The notes: generated by a model from the letters alone, not told the origin. A stretch of DNA of 64,000 bases from an uncultured Gammaproteobacteria bacterium (GCA_964537315.1 CAZIAP010000001.1:121149-185148), one strand, 5' to 3'; shown: positions 9,882 to 19,696, numbered from the stretch's first letter. A program made the numbers and translations.

Positions 9882-11048
9882 ATGAAGACACTGGTCGAAA
9901 AGGTTTATAAGGCAAGTTTAAATCTTTCGCATCCTCTAAATGAGGAGGATACATATGAAACCATTATTAAAGATAGTATGGAGTTAGCAGACGCACAATT
10001 TGGCTCTGTTTTCCTGATAAATAGTGGTGTACTGGAGCGAGTGTATGCTTCCGACTCTCTACTCTATACGAACCGTGCACGTAAAAAGGGGTTTACTTAT
10101 AAATCTCTGAAGAGTACTACCCCTTCATTTGTATCAATTGAAAAAATAAAAAACATTCATCCTGGACTCATTAACATGGGAATAAAAGTAGTTTTATATC
10201 TACCCCTGTATTATAGAGGAAAAGCATTTGGTGTGATTGCGCTTAATTCTACGAAAAGGAAAAGCTATACAGATGAGGAACTTCAAACACTTAAAATTTA
10301 CGCCTCTATGGCGAGTTTGGCTATAAAGAAAACAGAATTGCTTACTGGTACCAAACAAGCGCTTGAAATTAGGGATTTTTTTATCTCTACAGCCTCGCAT
10401 GAACTCCGTACTCCACTTACAGCTATAAGTGGATATGCACAATTACTACACAAAAAAATGAATAATTCAGGTACACCAGAATCACGTTGGATTGAAAAAC
10501 TAGTACAGGAAACAAATAGACTTACTATTCTTACAACAGAGTTATTAGAAGTTAATAGGATACGAGCAGGACTTGCTGAGTATATTTTAAAAGAACATAG
10601 TTTAGTTGATATTTTGCAAAGAACTATTAGTCGCTTGCAATACCACCATCCCAGTAAAAAAATTTTATTTGAGTCAGTAGTTTCAGATGACAATGATATT
10701 ATAGTGGCAGATTATGACAAATTAGTACAAGTGTTTTATAACCTTCTTGACAACGCTGTGAAATACTCCTCCCATGATCAGAATGTGAGTGTGTCTGTTT
10801 TTTATAAAAAACCTTATTTTCAAGTAAAAATTGATGATAGAGGTAAAGGGATTTCACAGGAAAGGTTACAGCAAATATTTGAAGGAAAGTTACATCAAGT
10901 TGACGATGGTACTGAAAAAGCCGGAATGGGACTTGGTTTGTTTTTAGTAAAAAACATAATTGAAAAACATAATGGTTTAATTACAATAAAATCTTCAAAG
11001 AATAAAGGTACAACGGTTACGGTGAAGTTACCAAAATCGTTGAAATAA
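9882..11048 (+). CDS. Cytoplasmic GAF-domain sensor histidine kinase
   Basis: N-terminal GAF-like region; H-box (FFISTASHELRTPLTAISGYAQLL); HATPase N/G boxes (NLLDNAVKYS, GMGLGLFLV...GTTVTV). No TM segments. Confidence 0.8.
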   Translation: MKTLVEKVYKASLNLSHPLNEEDTYETIIKDSMELADAQFGSVFLINSGVLERVYASDSLLYTNRARKKGFTYKSLKSTTPSFVSIEKIKNIHPGLINMGIKVVLYLPLYYRGKAFGVIALNSTKRKSYTDEELQTLKIYASMASLAIKKTELLTGTKQALEIRDFFISTASHELRTPLTAISGYAQLLHKKMNNSGTPESRWIEKLVQETNRLTILTTELLEVNRIRAGLAEYILKEHSLVDILQRTISRLQYHHPSKKILFESVVSDDNDIIVADYDKLVQVFYNLLDNAVKYSSHDQNVSVSVFYKKPYFQVKIDDRGKGISQERLQQIFEGKLHQVDDGTEKAGMGLGLFLVKNIIEKHNGLITIKSSKNKGTTVTVKLPKSLK

Positions 11049-11049
11049 C

Positions 11050-12087
11050 ATGAGAATTGAACAACCTGACCCATCCTCTGAGATACTAAACAGTGAGCAT
11101 CGTTCCAAGGAATTAGAGCAGGATCAATTATTTAGCGTAATTCATAACTTACGTACGTACGAAGGTAACACCGGACTAACAGATGGTGCAGAATTCGCAA
11201 AGAAAGAGTATGAGCTAGTTCATGAACACAACAAATTAGTTGTTGTTAATTTAGGTCTCCCTGCGTCGGCTAAAACCACCATTATAGGTCAAGACGCTTA
11301 CCTTTTGAATAAATTATTATTGGATGATCCCACTGATATAAGACTTAGAGATATGAAAGGCTACTATCTTGGTTGGGGAAGTTACCTGATTAAGTACCTT
11401 CAATCAACTCCTGAAGAGTTTAGTGGTTTAGTTGACCAAAATCTTAAAGCCGCTTCAGAGGAGCACTCTCGGCAAGCTGTTCGTTTATCTGAAATTGACA
11501 AAAGTATAACTTATATTGATTTGCCTGGTATTGCAGGTCGCGGTGAAGAAACAATACAAGCATTAGCAGATAAGCCTTTCGTACTTTTCAGAGCAGTTTA
11601 TACAGATGAAAAGCAAAGACAAAGATACCTAATGTTCCGAGAAAAAATACATAACACAGATCCCAAACAAGGTCCAGTAATAAAGACAGCAAGGGGATTA
11701 CAAAATATATTAGACGAATTCGGAATTATAACAGATATGCCCGTCGACAGAGATTTATTAAACTTATTAAGGTGGAATGGTGCTCCTATACAGCGTACGA
11801 GAAAAGTAGATGAAGACTTTAACAAAATTCTTGTAGATTTTATTGGTAATGAACAAAAAATTCAGATATCCTCTACAAGAATATCCCAGATGTTAGAAAA
11901 TAATCCTGATTTTAGGACGAGTGTAGTTGCAGGGTACTTAGAGTACTTTCTTTCCGAAAAATTTAACATTCCTTCTGATAGAAGGATCGTTCAGGAAAAC
12001 ATACATCAGAGCATGGTTTCTCTTAATACTAATGTGCTTAAAAATATAGAAGTTGAAGTAGAAGCCGGAGGAAAATTAAAACTCTAA
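11050..12087 (+). CDS. Hypothetical protein with a degenerate P-loop-like motif, translationally coupled to the upstream kinase
   Basis: Starts 1 nt after the kinase stop codon. Contains VVVNLGLPASAKTTI, a Walker-A-like motif with Ala at the second Gly position. Otherwise unrecognised. Confidence 0.4.
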   Translation: MRIEQPDPSSEILNSEHRSKELEQDQLFSVIHNLRTYEGNTGLTDGAEFAKKEYELVHEHNKLVVVNLGLPASAKTTIIGQDAYLLNKLLLDDPTDIRLRDMKGYYLGWGSYLIKYLQSTPEEFSGLVDQNLKAASEEHSRQAVRLSEIDKSITYIDLPGIAGRGEETIQALADKPFVLFRAVYTDEKQRQRYLMFREKIHNTDPKQGPVIKTARGLQNILDEFGIITDMPVDRDLLNLLRWNGAPIQRTRKVDEDFNKILVDFIGNEQKIQISSTRISQMLENNPDFRTSVVAGYLEYFLSEKFNIPSDRRIVQENIHQSMVSLNTNVLKNIEVEVEAGGKLKL

Positions 12088-12759
12088 CTACTCTTTTATC
12101 ATGTAACCGAATCCACGTACAGATTGGATAAGTTTTTTCTTGTGATCACTATCAATCTTCTTGCGTAGATATCCCATGTATACATCTACTACCCTAGTTT
12201 CGATATCAGGTGAATATAGCCAAATTCGATTAAGAATCATCTCTCTTGTTAATATTCTTCCCTTGTTACGCATTAAATATTCGAGAAGCTTAAATTCTTT
12301 AGGAGTAAGCTGAATTGATTTTCCGTTTCTGAGAACATCAAGAGTGTTAGTATCAAGTTCTAAATCATTGACCTTAAGTTTAGTGTCACCAGTGCCTTGT
12401 TTTCGCAAACGCACCTTTATTCTAGCCAGTAATTCATCCGCAACAAACGGCTTTGTCATATAGTCGTCTGCACCAAGATCAAGTCCTTGCACAATATCTG
12501 AGGTTGAGTCTTTAGCTGTTAAAATAATAATCGGTAGCTCAGGATATTTTTTTCTTACCTCGCGACATACAGTTTCACCGCTCATGTTAGGAAGCCCTAA
12601 ATCAAGGACTATTATATCCGGCTCGATTTTTTTAAGGGTATTAAGTGCTTGGATTCCGTCTGATGCAATTTGTACTGAAAATCCACTGTCAAGCAATAGT
12701 TCTTTGAGATAACTTTGAAGGCCTGCGTCATCTTCGACGAGGAGCACAGTATTTGTCAT
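12088..12759 (-). CDS. OmpR/PhoB-family response regulator (receiver plus winged helix)
   Basis: LLVEDDAGL...IIVLDLGLP...KPF receiver motifs and a C-terminal winged-helix (LTPKEFKLLEYLMRNKGRILTREMILNRIW). Confidence 0.85.
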   Translation of the reverse strand: MTNTVLLVEDDAGLQSYLKELLLDSGFSVQIASDGIQALNTLKKIEPDIIVLDLGLPNMSGETVCREVRKKYPELPIIILTAKDSTSDIVQGLDLGADDYMTKPFVADELLARIKVRLRKQGTGDTKLKVNDLELDTNTLDVLRNGKSIQLTPKEFKLLEYLMRNKGRILTREMILNRIWLYSPDIETRVVDVYMGYLRKKIDSDHKKKLIQSVRGFGYMIKE

Positions 12760-12972
12760 GAACCCGATTATAACAATAAACTCTTACAATCTCAACTATT
12801 TTTGAATATTGTGAGACAATCCTTTCTTGCAGCTTCCTTACCTGTTTATTGTACCTATTTAAAGGGAGCAATTTAATATTAATCTTCAAGATATACAATC
12901 TTAAATGCAGATAATTAGTCTTCGTGTGCAGATATGAATTTATATTGAAGATTTGAAAGGAGGTGAAAATTA

Positions 12973-13173
12973 ATGGCATTTGCATACACAAACTCACGAG
13001 GACAAGAGTACTTTCTCCACACTAAAGAAGTAAAGCTACGAGGTGGAGATAGGATACAAAGAATTTTCTATTTTGCACCTGAAGAGCGTGCAGAAGCAAT
13101 AGATGAAGTGCCGGACGGTTTCACTGTAGTAGAAAGTAAAAAAACGGGATTACCGGTGTTAAAAAGAAAATAA
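12973..13173 (+). CDS. Hypothetical small protein
   Basis: 66-aa ORF with a strong RBS (gaaAGGAGGTGaaaattaATG) and a terminator immediately downstream. Confidence 0.4.
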   Translation: MAFAYTNSRGQEYFLHTKEVKLRGGDRIQRIFYFAPEERAEAIDEVPDGFTVVESKKTGLPVLKRK

Positions 13174-13183
13174 GACCGTATAA

Positions 13184-13220
13184 ACACCAGATGTATTCTA
13201 CAACATCTGGTGTTTTTTTT
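13184..13220 (+). terminator. Rho-independent terminator
   Basis: ACACCAGATGtattctacaaCATCTGGTGTtttttttt. Confidence 0.75.
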
Positions 13221-13395
13221 GTAAATCGGTCATTACGCTTCTCTTACTTATTTTTATTTAATTTTTAATCAGTTGAATATAAGATAAATTAATATAAGGC
13301 TTGAGTTGGAATCAGGATAAATAATAAAACTCACATGTGTGAGAGGCAGGTTATCTTGCTCCTACCCGAGCCTATATTTTTTGGAGGTGATATAT

Positions 13396-13932
13396 ATGGC
13401 AGAGATGGTATTAGGAGTATTTTCTGAGAAAGGATCAGCAGAAAACGCTATCGAAGAACTAAAATCAGAAGGTTACGACGCAAAAGATATCTCTATAGTA
13501 ATGAAGGATGAAAGAGAAGCAGAAGCAGTATCAACTGATACAGGTGCGAGTGTAGCAGAAGGTGCCTTATCAGGTGCTGCCACTGGAGGTGTAATAGGAG
13601 GCTTAGCAGGTCTACTTGTGGGAATAGGAGCAATTATGATTCCGGGCATCGGCGCAATTTTAATCGCTGGTCCTCTAGCGGCGGCATTGGGTCTTACAGG
13701 GGCGGCTGCTACTACAATATCAGGCGCTGCGACCGGTGCGTTAGCAGGAGGATTAGTAGGAGCTTTAGTTGGACTTGGGGTACCGGAAGAAGAAGCACAT
13801 GTATATGAAGATCGAGTCAAAGCTGGAGGTATTTTGCTTGCGGTTCCTGTGCAACAAGGAAGTAAGCGGGAAGCAAGAGCTATTTTGGATGATCACGGCG
13901 CTGAATCGATCAGAAATATAAACTTTGATTAG
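13396..13932 (+). CDS. General stress protein 17M/YflT-like protein with a Gly-zipper membrane segment
   Basis: Start placed at MAEMVLGVFSEKGSAENAIEELKSEGYDAKDISIV (YflT-like N-terminus) because of the GGAGGTG RBS. The central GxxxG-rich hydrophobic region is typical of this family. Confidence 0.55.
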   Translation: MAEMVLGVFSEKGSAENAIEELKSEGYDAKDISIVMKDEREAEAVSTDTGASVAEGALSGAATGGVIGGLAGLLVGIGAIMIPGIGAILIAGPLAAALGLTGAAATTISGAATGALAGGLVGALVGLGVPEEEAHVYEDRVKAGGILLAVPVQQGSKREARAILDDHGAESIRNINFD

Positions 13933-13934
13933 AG

Positions 13935-14528
13935 TTATTTTTGGGCAAGAATAAGAGTCCAGGCAAAAGGCAATTTTTTGTCTTTAATTTTTAATTTCTT
14001 CTTTTTTAAAAGTTGCGTGAATTGAGAGTGTGTCCAGTTCTGAATATGCTCGGGATGATTTCCAAGTCTTCTTACATGTCTTCCTCGCAGGAAGTTTGCA
14101 ACTCTAAACCACGGTTCGTTTGGAACCGACAATAGCAAGTATTTATTAGACACCCGAATTAACTCGTCTAGTGCTTCTTGGGGTCTTTCCAGATGCTCGA
14201 GAACTTCATTACACAGTACTAAATCAAATGCATTGTCTTTGTATGGGAGAGAGTAAATATCAGCTTTTTTAAGTGATAAACCAGGAAAATTTTTCTTGCC
14301 GATTTCTATTGCAGTATCTGAGAAATCAACACCCTCTAATTTTTTACCTAATTTTAATTCTTGTATTCTGTTAAGAGTTATTCCCTCTCCACATCCAGCA
14401 TCAAGAACTTTATCCGACTTGGTGCGTCTTAAAATCTTAAATAGTTCATTATAAAAATTATCAATAAGGTGACGTTGGATCGGGTTGCGATGCTGATGTT
14501 TTTCAAAGTTTGTAGTAGTTTTTGGCAT
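13935..14528 (-). CDS. Class I SAM-dependent methyltransferase (type 11)
   Basis: VLDAGCGEG motif I and DLVLCNEVLEHL motif of Methyltransf_11. Confidence 0.75.
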   Translation of the reverse strand: MPKTTTNFEKHQHRNPIQRHLIDNFYNELFKILRRTKSDKVLDAGCGEGITLNRIQELKLGKKLEGVDFSDTAIEIGKKNFPGLSLKKADIYSLPYKDNAFDLVLCNEVLEHLERPQEALDELIRVSNKYLLLSVPNEPWFRVANFLRGRHVRRLGNHPEHIQNWTHSQFTQLLKKKKLKIKDKKLPFAWTLILAQK

Positions 14529-14628
14529 AATAATTAGTGTCTGCGTTTTCTAGTTATAGATACATTTTAACTGCTTGTCAAGTATTTGGACAACTTGCAT
14601 GTATTTTTGCATAACATTATACTGAAGA

Positions 14629-15603
14629 TTGCTTATGACCTTGTCGCGCGTGTTTAAAGTCCTGGTAATCACTGCTGCATTAGTAACAGTTGGAGCAATA
14701 TATATTAAAAACCAAATATCAGAAACAGGTACGTTTAGTCTAGAGTCTCCCCTACCTAATATATTCACGGAAAAAAATCATCAAGTCCTTGCAACTAAAG
14801 ATTATTGGAAACCTAACACTTCTTCAAACTTGAAAAGTCGGGTAAAAGCACCTAAGTTTTCTGCACGTGCTGTTTTATCGTACGATATGACAAGTGACCA
14901 AGTACTTTTTGACAGAAACAGTAAGACTAAACTACCGATGGCGTCACTTACAAAAATAATGACAGCGATAGTTATTATTGAAAACGAAAATTTAGATGAG
15001 CTTGTTTCTGTTAGTAAGCGAGCTGCAGAGATTGGTGAGAACTCAATGATGCTTAAGGAAAACGAACGTTTTACCAGAAGAGAGTTGCTTTATGGTTTAA
15101 TCTTACCTTCCGGAAATGATGCCGCAGAAGTGCTTGCAGAAACCAGTTCTGTAGGCAGAGAAAATTTTGTGTATCTCATGAATAAAAAGGCAGAACAGCT
15201 TGGTTTAACTGATACAAATTTTACAAATCCAAGCGGGCTAGAAGGTGATGGTAACCAATATACTACGGCTTATGATTTGTTAGTCATAACTAGGTACGGA
15301 CTAAATATTCCTGAGTTCGCAGAGATTGTCGCTACAGTAGAAAAAGAGTTACCTGAGAATAAATATCACAAGTATTATAAACTTTTCAATGATACAAATC
15401 TCCTTACTACTTACCCTGGTGTAAAAGGTGTTAAGACCGGATACACATATGAAGCTGGTATGTGTTTGATATCATATCTTGAATATAAAGGGAAAAAAAT
15501 TGTTGCGGTATTACTTAATAGCAACAACAGACGAGAAGAAATGAAAAATTTACTGGACTACTCTCTTCAATCATTGGGAGTCGAACCACCAATTCATCCC
15601 TAA
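14629..15603 (+). CDS. D-alanyl-D-alanine carboxypeptidase (peptidase S11, low-molecular-weight PBP)
   Basis: SxxK (MASLTK), SxN (LPSGND) and KTG (VKTGYT) active-site motifs. N-terminal TM/signal segment. Confidence 0.8.
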   Translation: MLMTLSRVFKVLVITAALVTVGAIYIKNQISETGTFSLESPLPNIFTEKNHQVLATKDYWKPNTSSNLKSRVKAPKFSARAVLSYDMTSDQVLFDRNSKTKLPMASLTKIMTAIVIIENENLDELVSVSKRAAEIGENSMMLKENERFTRRELLYGLILPSGNDAAEVLAETSSVGRENFVYLMNKKAEQLGLTDTNFTNPSGLEGDGNQYTTAYDLLVITRYGLNIPEFAEIVATVEKELPENKYHKYYKLFNDTNLLTTYPGVKGVKTGYTYEAGMCLISYLEYKGKKIVAVLLNSNNRREEMKNLLDYSLQSLGVEPPIHP

Positions 15604-15675
15604 TTATTTAGTTAGTATCTGATTACTTCACTCTCTTGTCACAAAACAGGGTATACTGTATACTCAATACGAAAT

Positions 15676-15759
15676 TGCCCGGGTGGTGGAACGGTAGACA
15701 CGCAGGACTTAAAATCCTGTATCGGTTTCGATGTGCGGGTTCGATTCCCGCCCTGGGCA
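15676..15759 (+). tRNA. tRNA-Leu (anticodon TAA), type II with long variable arm; no encoded CCA
   Basis: Acceptor gcccggg/cctgggc; anticodon arm cagga-cTTAAaa-tcctg; T-arm gcggg-ttcgatt-cccgc. A TTGTCA-N17-TATACT promoter lies upstream. Confidence 0.8.
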
Positions 15760-15766
15760 CTACGAG

Positions 15767-16990
15767 CTACCAGTCTTTTTTGTAGTATTTTTTTCCAACG
15801 AGGTTCTTAGGCATGTATTCTTGATCGACTTTTTTACCCTTTTTTCCTTGTACTGAGCTTGCCGAAGTATCTTCTTTCCACGCATAACGTACGTGATCTT
15901 TTCCGTACCCAAGATTTTTCATAACTTTGTTTGATGCATTTCTCATATGGAGCGGGATTGGGTCGAGATTTTGTGCATCAATATCGTCCATTGCAGCGAA
16001 AATACCTTCTGTTGATGCAATTGACTTTTTAGCGGTAGCTAGAAAGCTCGCTGTTTGAGCAAGGACATATATTGATTCAGGCATACCGATCATATGCACA
16101 GACTGCATACAGCTTGTTGCAACAACAAGCGCTGTTGGCTGAGCATTTCCAATATCTTCGGACGCAAAAATTACCATTCTCCTGGCAATAAATAATGGAT
16201 CTTCACCAGCTTTAATCATACGAGCAAGATAATGTAGAGTTGCGTCTGGATCATTGCCGCGCATGCTTTTGATAAATGCTGATATCGTGTCATAGTGGTA
16301 GTCTCCTTTTTTGTCATAATAGATAGATTTTCTCTGTACTGCTTGTTCTGCAACTTTTAGAGTGACTTTTTTAGAGAGTGTTGCAGCAAGCTCGATCGCG
16401 TTGATCAATGATCGTGCGTCGCCATTGGTTGCGTGAATAATATGTTCTATAGCATCTTTGTCCCAGGTATGTTTAGGAAATTCATTTATAGCGAGTTGTA
16501 CAATTTGTTTTAAATTGTCATCGCTGAGTGCATGAAGCACAAATACTTGTGCACGGGAAATTAATGGAGCATTTACTCGAAACCCGGGATTTTCAGTAGT
16601 GGCACCAATAAGTATTATTGTGCCGTCTTCAACGTGAGGTAAAAAAGCATCTTGTTGTGATTTATTAAAACGATGTATCTCATCAACAAATAAGATGGTT
16701 GCAATGTTTTTTTCTTCTTTTATTTTTTTTGCCTCTTTTATTACCTGCCTGACTTGCTCGACTCCACTTGTCACAGCTGAAAAAAAAGTAAAGTGGTCAT
16801 TAACACTATTTGCGATCACATGAGCCAGGGTTGTTTTTCCGCTTCCTGGAGGTCCCCATAATATCATTGATGACACTTTTCCTGACTCAAGCATTCTGCG
16901 AATAGGTCGTCCTTTTCCGGTTAAATGTTCCTGACCGATATATGAATCTAGTGTTTTAGGGCGTAATCTTTCAGCTAGTGGTATTTCCAT
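15767..16990 (-). CDS. rarA: Replication-associated recombination protein A (RarA/MgsA AAA+ ATPase)
   Basis: [23 protein letters not shown]...[13 protein letters not shown] Walker A, followed by a MgsA-type C-terminal domain. Confidence 0.85.
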   Translation of the reverse strand: MEIPLAERLRPKTLDSYIGQEHLTGKGRPIRRMLESGKVSSMILWGPPGSGKTTLAHVIANSVNDHFTFFSAVTSGVEQVRQVIKEAKKIKEEKNIATILFVDEIHRFNKSQQDAFLPHVEDGTIILIGATTENPGFRVNAPLISRAQVFVLHALSDDNLKQIVQLAINEFPKHTWDKDAIEHIIHATNGDARSLINAIELAATLSKKVTLKVAEQAVQRKSIYYDKKGDYHYDTISAFIKSMRGNDPDATLHYLARMIKAGEDPLFIARRMVIFASEDIGNAQPTALVVATSCMQSVHMIGMPESIYVLAQTASFLATAKKSIASTEGIFAAMDDIDAQNLDPIPLHMRNASNKVMKNLGYGKDHVRYAWKEDTSASSVQGKKGKKVDQEYMPKNLVGKKYYKKDW

Positions 16991-17149
16991 AGAAGTGTCT
17001 ATAGTTTATGGAGATATTGTAACAGATACGCAATAGCAGGTGTGATGTATATAATCTTACAAAATTTACAATTTTTGTTTGTTACAATAATCAGGAGTTT
17101 TGGGCTCACCTCGTCGGCAGGATTCCCTGCCTCGTTGAGGTGGGGATAT

Positions 17150-17221
17150 GGGCCGGTGGCGCAACGGTAGCGCACTTCCATGGCATGGAAGGGGTTGAGA
17201 GTTCAAATCTCTTTCGGTCCA
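17150..17221 (+). tRNA. tRNA-Ala (anticodon GGC), with the G3:U70 identity pair; no encoded CCA
   Basis: D-arm gcgc-aacggta-gcgc; anticodon arm cttcc-atGGCat-ggaag; T-arm gagag-ttcaaat-ctctt; G3-T70 wobble in the acceptor stem. A leader hairpin precedes it. Confidence 0.75.
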
Positions 17222-17416
17222 CTACTTCAGAGCGATTCGATGTACATCGGATAGGTCAGGGTTCGCGACGGTATGCCAATACCTAGTCCGCTTGTTGGGA
17301 ATCCCCTTAGGTCCGCTGATCTTCATTCTTTTGATTAAATAATACTTGACATATTTCACTCCTCCGTATTAAACTATGGGACGTACCTTAACTTTTTGTG
17401 TTCTTAGTGTCAATAC

Positions 17417-17908
17417 GTGACATATAGAACGCGTCTCAGGCGGGAGAATGTCATGCTTCAGACATCTCAAGGCATAATTCGTATAGGATCTTCGGTCTTT
17501 GCAGATTATGAGTGGAGGCATGCGATGCAAGTATTTCTGAGAGAAACAAGTCCGATTCCACTTAACCATAGGAATCGGTATAGAAGATCAGAAATTAATC
17601 TTGGCAAATTCGTGCTTGCATTCCACTGGAGAACAAATACATGCTTTGCTTATATGAATGAAGCTATGTCAGATAGGCTGCCTTTGTTCGTAAGCGCAAG
17701 CGGCATAATAGAGTTACATAGATGTGACTATGTACGTGATGCGTTGGTGAAGTTTTTGGTCAAAGATGAGGTAGATCAAATTGGGTTAATGCTACCTTGT
17801 AGAGGATGGGTATGGATTAATAAAAAAGACAACCGAGAACCGTTGGATCTTTTTTGGAGTCATTTACCGACTTCTAGTCAGCTCAAAAAAGCATTTCCAG
17901 CGTTCTGA
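17417..17908 (+). CDS. Hypothetical protein (GTG start; doubtful)
   Basis: 163-aa Arg-rich ORF with a terminator at its 3' end. The start codon overlaps a TGTCA-N5-TGACA palindrome. No recognisable family, so the coding status is uncertain. Confidence 0.3.
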   Translation: MTYRTRLRRENVMLQTSQGIIRIGSSVFADYEWRHAMQVFLRETSPIPLNHRNRYRRSEINLGKFVLAFHWRTNTCFAYMNEAMSDRLPLFVSASGIIELHRCDYVRDALVKFLVKDEVDQIGLMLPCRGWVWINKKDNREPLDLFWSHLPTSSQLKKAFPAF

Positions 17909-17945
17909 AAAGTAGCATGAAATTTCATGCTGTTGGAGTCATCTA

Positions 17946-17982
17946 TGCCGTCTCAGGAGTACACCTGGGGCGGCTTTTTTTT
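17946..17982 (+). terminator. Rho-independent terminator
   Basis: gCCGtCtCAGGagtacaCCTGgGGCGGCtttttttt. Confidence 0.6.
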
Positions 17983-17993
17983 GAATATAAAAT

Positions 17994-18767
17994 TTAGTGT
18001 CCGTGTGAAAGAAGTTCAGATACGATCCACATTACCCATACACCTGCTATAACCAAAAAGCTTTCCAGATATGCAGCTTTCTTAAGTCCGTGCTCTTGAA
18101 TTCCTGGTATAAGATCAGCAAGCGCAATATAAATAAAGAAGCCCGCTGTTAATGCCAATAAATATGGAAGATACTCTTCAACATAGCTTCCAAAAATGAT
18201 TATTAAAGTAGCACCGAGCAGTGCCATGCATGCGCTTAAGATATTTACTAAGACCACACTCTTGGCTTTATAACCTTTTTTGAGTAAAATACCGAAATCT
18301 CCGATCTCTTGTGGAATTTCATGAGCTGCAACAGCTATCGTAGTTGCGATTCCCAACGGTACACTGATTAGGAATGTGGCCGCGATTACTACTCCATCAA
18401 TAAAGTTGTGAACACTATCTCCTATAATTACTAGAGCTGCGTTTTGCTTCTCTTCGTTACCCACCTCTACGTGAGAGTGATGAAACCAAGATATAAATTT
18501 ATCGAGAAGAAAGAAAGACAATACACCTGCTAAGGTTATAACCAGAATGTTTTCAAATGTATGAATCCCTGATCCCTCTAGCTGGTGTCCGGCTTCAGGT
18601 AACAATTCAAAAAATGATGTTCCCAGTAAAGTTCCTGCAGCAAATGCTGAGACTAAATGAGATATCTTGAAAGCAAACTTCTCTCTTGATACTAATATTA
18701 GTCCTCCTATTAAAGAGAAAACGCTACCAATCAATGTAAAGAAATAAATATAAATAATTACTGGCAT
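17994..18767 (-). CDS. ZIP family zinc/metal transporter (ZupT-like)
   Basis: HEIPQEIGDFGILLKKGY is the ZIP signature (HExPxExGD). About 8 TM helices. Confidence 0.85.
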   Translation of the reverse strand: MPVIIYIYFFTLIGSVFSLIGGLILVSREKFAFKISHLVSAFAAGTLLGTSFFELLPEAGHQLEGSGIHTFENILVITLAGVLSFFLLDKFISWFHHSHVEVGNEEKQNAALVIIGDSVHNFIDGVVIAATFLISVPLGIATTIAVAAHEIPQEIGDFGILLKKGYKAKSVVLVNILSACMALLGATLIIIFGSYVEEYLPYLLALTAGFFIYIALADLIPGIQEHGLKKAAYLESFLVIAGVWVMWIVSELLSHGH

Positions 18768-19210
18768 GATTTACATACTCCGAAGAACTCTAATGAATGA
18801 TTTACGATTGTGTACTGTAGCTTTTTTTCAATTGTTTTTTCATGTTGTTCTACATCCTTTTCTACCGGGACATCATCTACCCTTTTACACGATACGCACA
18901 TGATATGGTGATGATGGTCTTTATTTGCGATTTCATATCGATTTTTTCCAGCTTCAAGGTATATCTCCCTTATTATTTCATGGTTAAGTAATTTTTCGAT
19001 TTCCCGATACACTGTAGATTTATTTACTACAGTATTATTTTCTCTCATTAAAGCAATAATTTCAGGAACTGATAATGGCTGTTTTGCTGTATTCAGTATT
19101 TCAATAAGTACATCACGAGTATTGCTTGCGCGATGTCCGCATTTCTTCATTCTAATTTTAACTGTCGTTTTAATTCCCACGTCTTTTATAGTAACGCAAC
19201 TTAGTTGCAT
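18758..19210 (-). CDS. zur: Fur-family transcriptional regulator (probable Zur)
   Basis: Fur-type winged-helix N-terminus and HHHH...C..C metal-site motifs (DHHHHIMCVSCKRV ... VCKSCQ). Overlaps the ZIP gene by 10 nt, giving an operon. The Zur assignment is inferred from that neighbour. Confidence 0.75.
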   Translation of the reverse strand: MQLSCVTIKDVGIKTTVKIRMKKCGHRASNTRDVLIEILNTAKQPLSVPEIIALMRENNTVVNKSTVYREIEKLLNHEIIREIYLEAGKNRYEIANKDHHHHIMCVSCKRVDDVPVEKDVEQHEKTIEKKLQYTIVNHSLEFFGVCKSCQ

Positions 19211-19249
19211 TTGTCAACCCTCCAGAGGAGGGTTCTCTTTCTATAAACT

Positions 19250-19516
19250 GTGATAGTATTAATTATGTACAAGGTATATATCTTGAAAAGTATCAGTAGG
19301 CCAGAGAAGTCATATGTTGGATATACAATTAAAAGAGTTCAGGATAGGTTACAAGAGCATAATGAGGGGCTTACTCAATCGACTAAAGCATATAGACCAT
19401 GGAAATTGTTATATTATGAGACATTTTATTGTAAACTTTGTGCTGAAAAAAGAGAGAAATTGCTTAAATCAGGCATTGGATTTAGATTTCGTAAAATGAT
19501 ACTAGAGAATTTTTGA
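19250..19516 (+). CDS. GIY-YIG nuclease superfamily protein (UPF0213/YazA-like)
   Basis: YKVYILKS...SYVGYT...RLQEHN is the GIY-YIG motif. 88 aa. Confidence 0.7.
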   Translation: MIVLIMYKVYILKSISRPEKSYVGYTIKRVQDRLQEHNEGLTQSTKAYRPWKLLYYETFYCKLCAEKREKLLKSGIGFRFRKMILENF

Positions 19517-19583
19517 CAAAAGTTGGTATAATTACGTGGCAAACAGCAGAAAGTAATAAATTATACTGTTCTGCTTTGCAGAA

Positions 19584-19656
19584 CGGGGATTAGCTCAGTT
19601 GGTAGAGTGCGCGGTTTGGGACCGTGAGGCCGGAGGTTCGAGTCCTCTATCCCCGA
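19584..19656 (+). tRNA. tRNA-Pro (anticodon TGG); no encoded CCA
   Basis: cggggat acceptor; D-arm gctc-agttggta-gagt; anticodon arm cgcgg-ttTGGga-ccgtg; T-arm ggagg-ttcgagt-cctct. An extended -10 (TGgTATAAT) and a leader hairpin lie upstream. Confidence 0.8.
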
Positions 19657-19696
19657 CACGTTTGATTTCTGTAACTGATATAGTAAAATAAGGAAA

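Noticed and set aside
17222-17416. Moderately GC-richer 200-nt stretch after tRNA-Ala, considered as a possible SRP RNA, RNase P RNA or tRNA remnant
   Set aside because: It has no GGAA tetraloop or AGCAGC SRP motif, no RNase P P4 or GGUAAGAGCGCACC-like motifs, and no T-arm GTTCRA. Nothing supports a structured RNA call.
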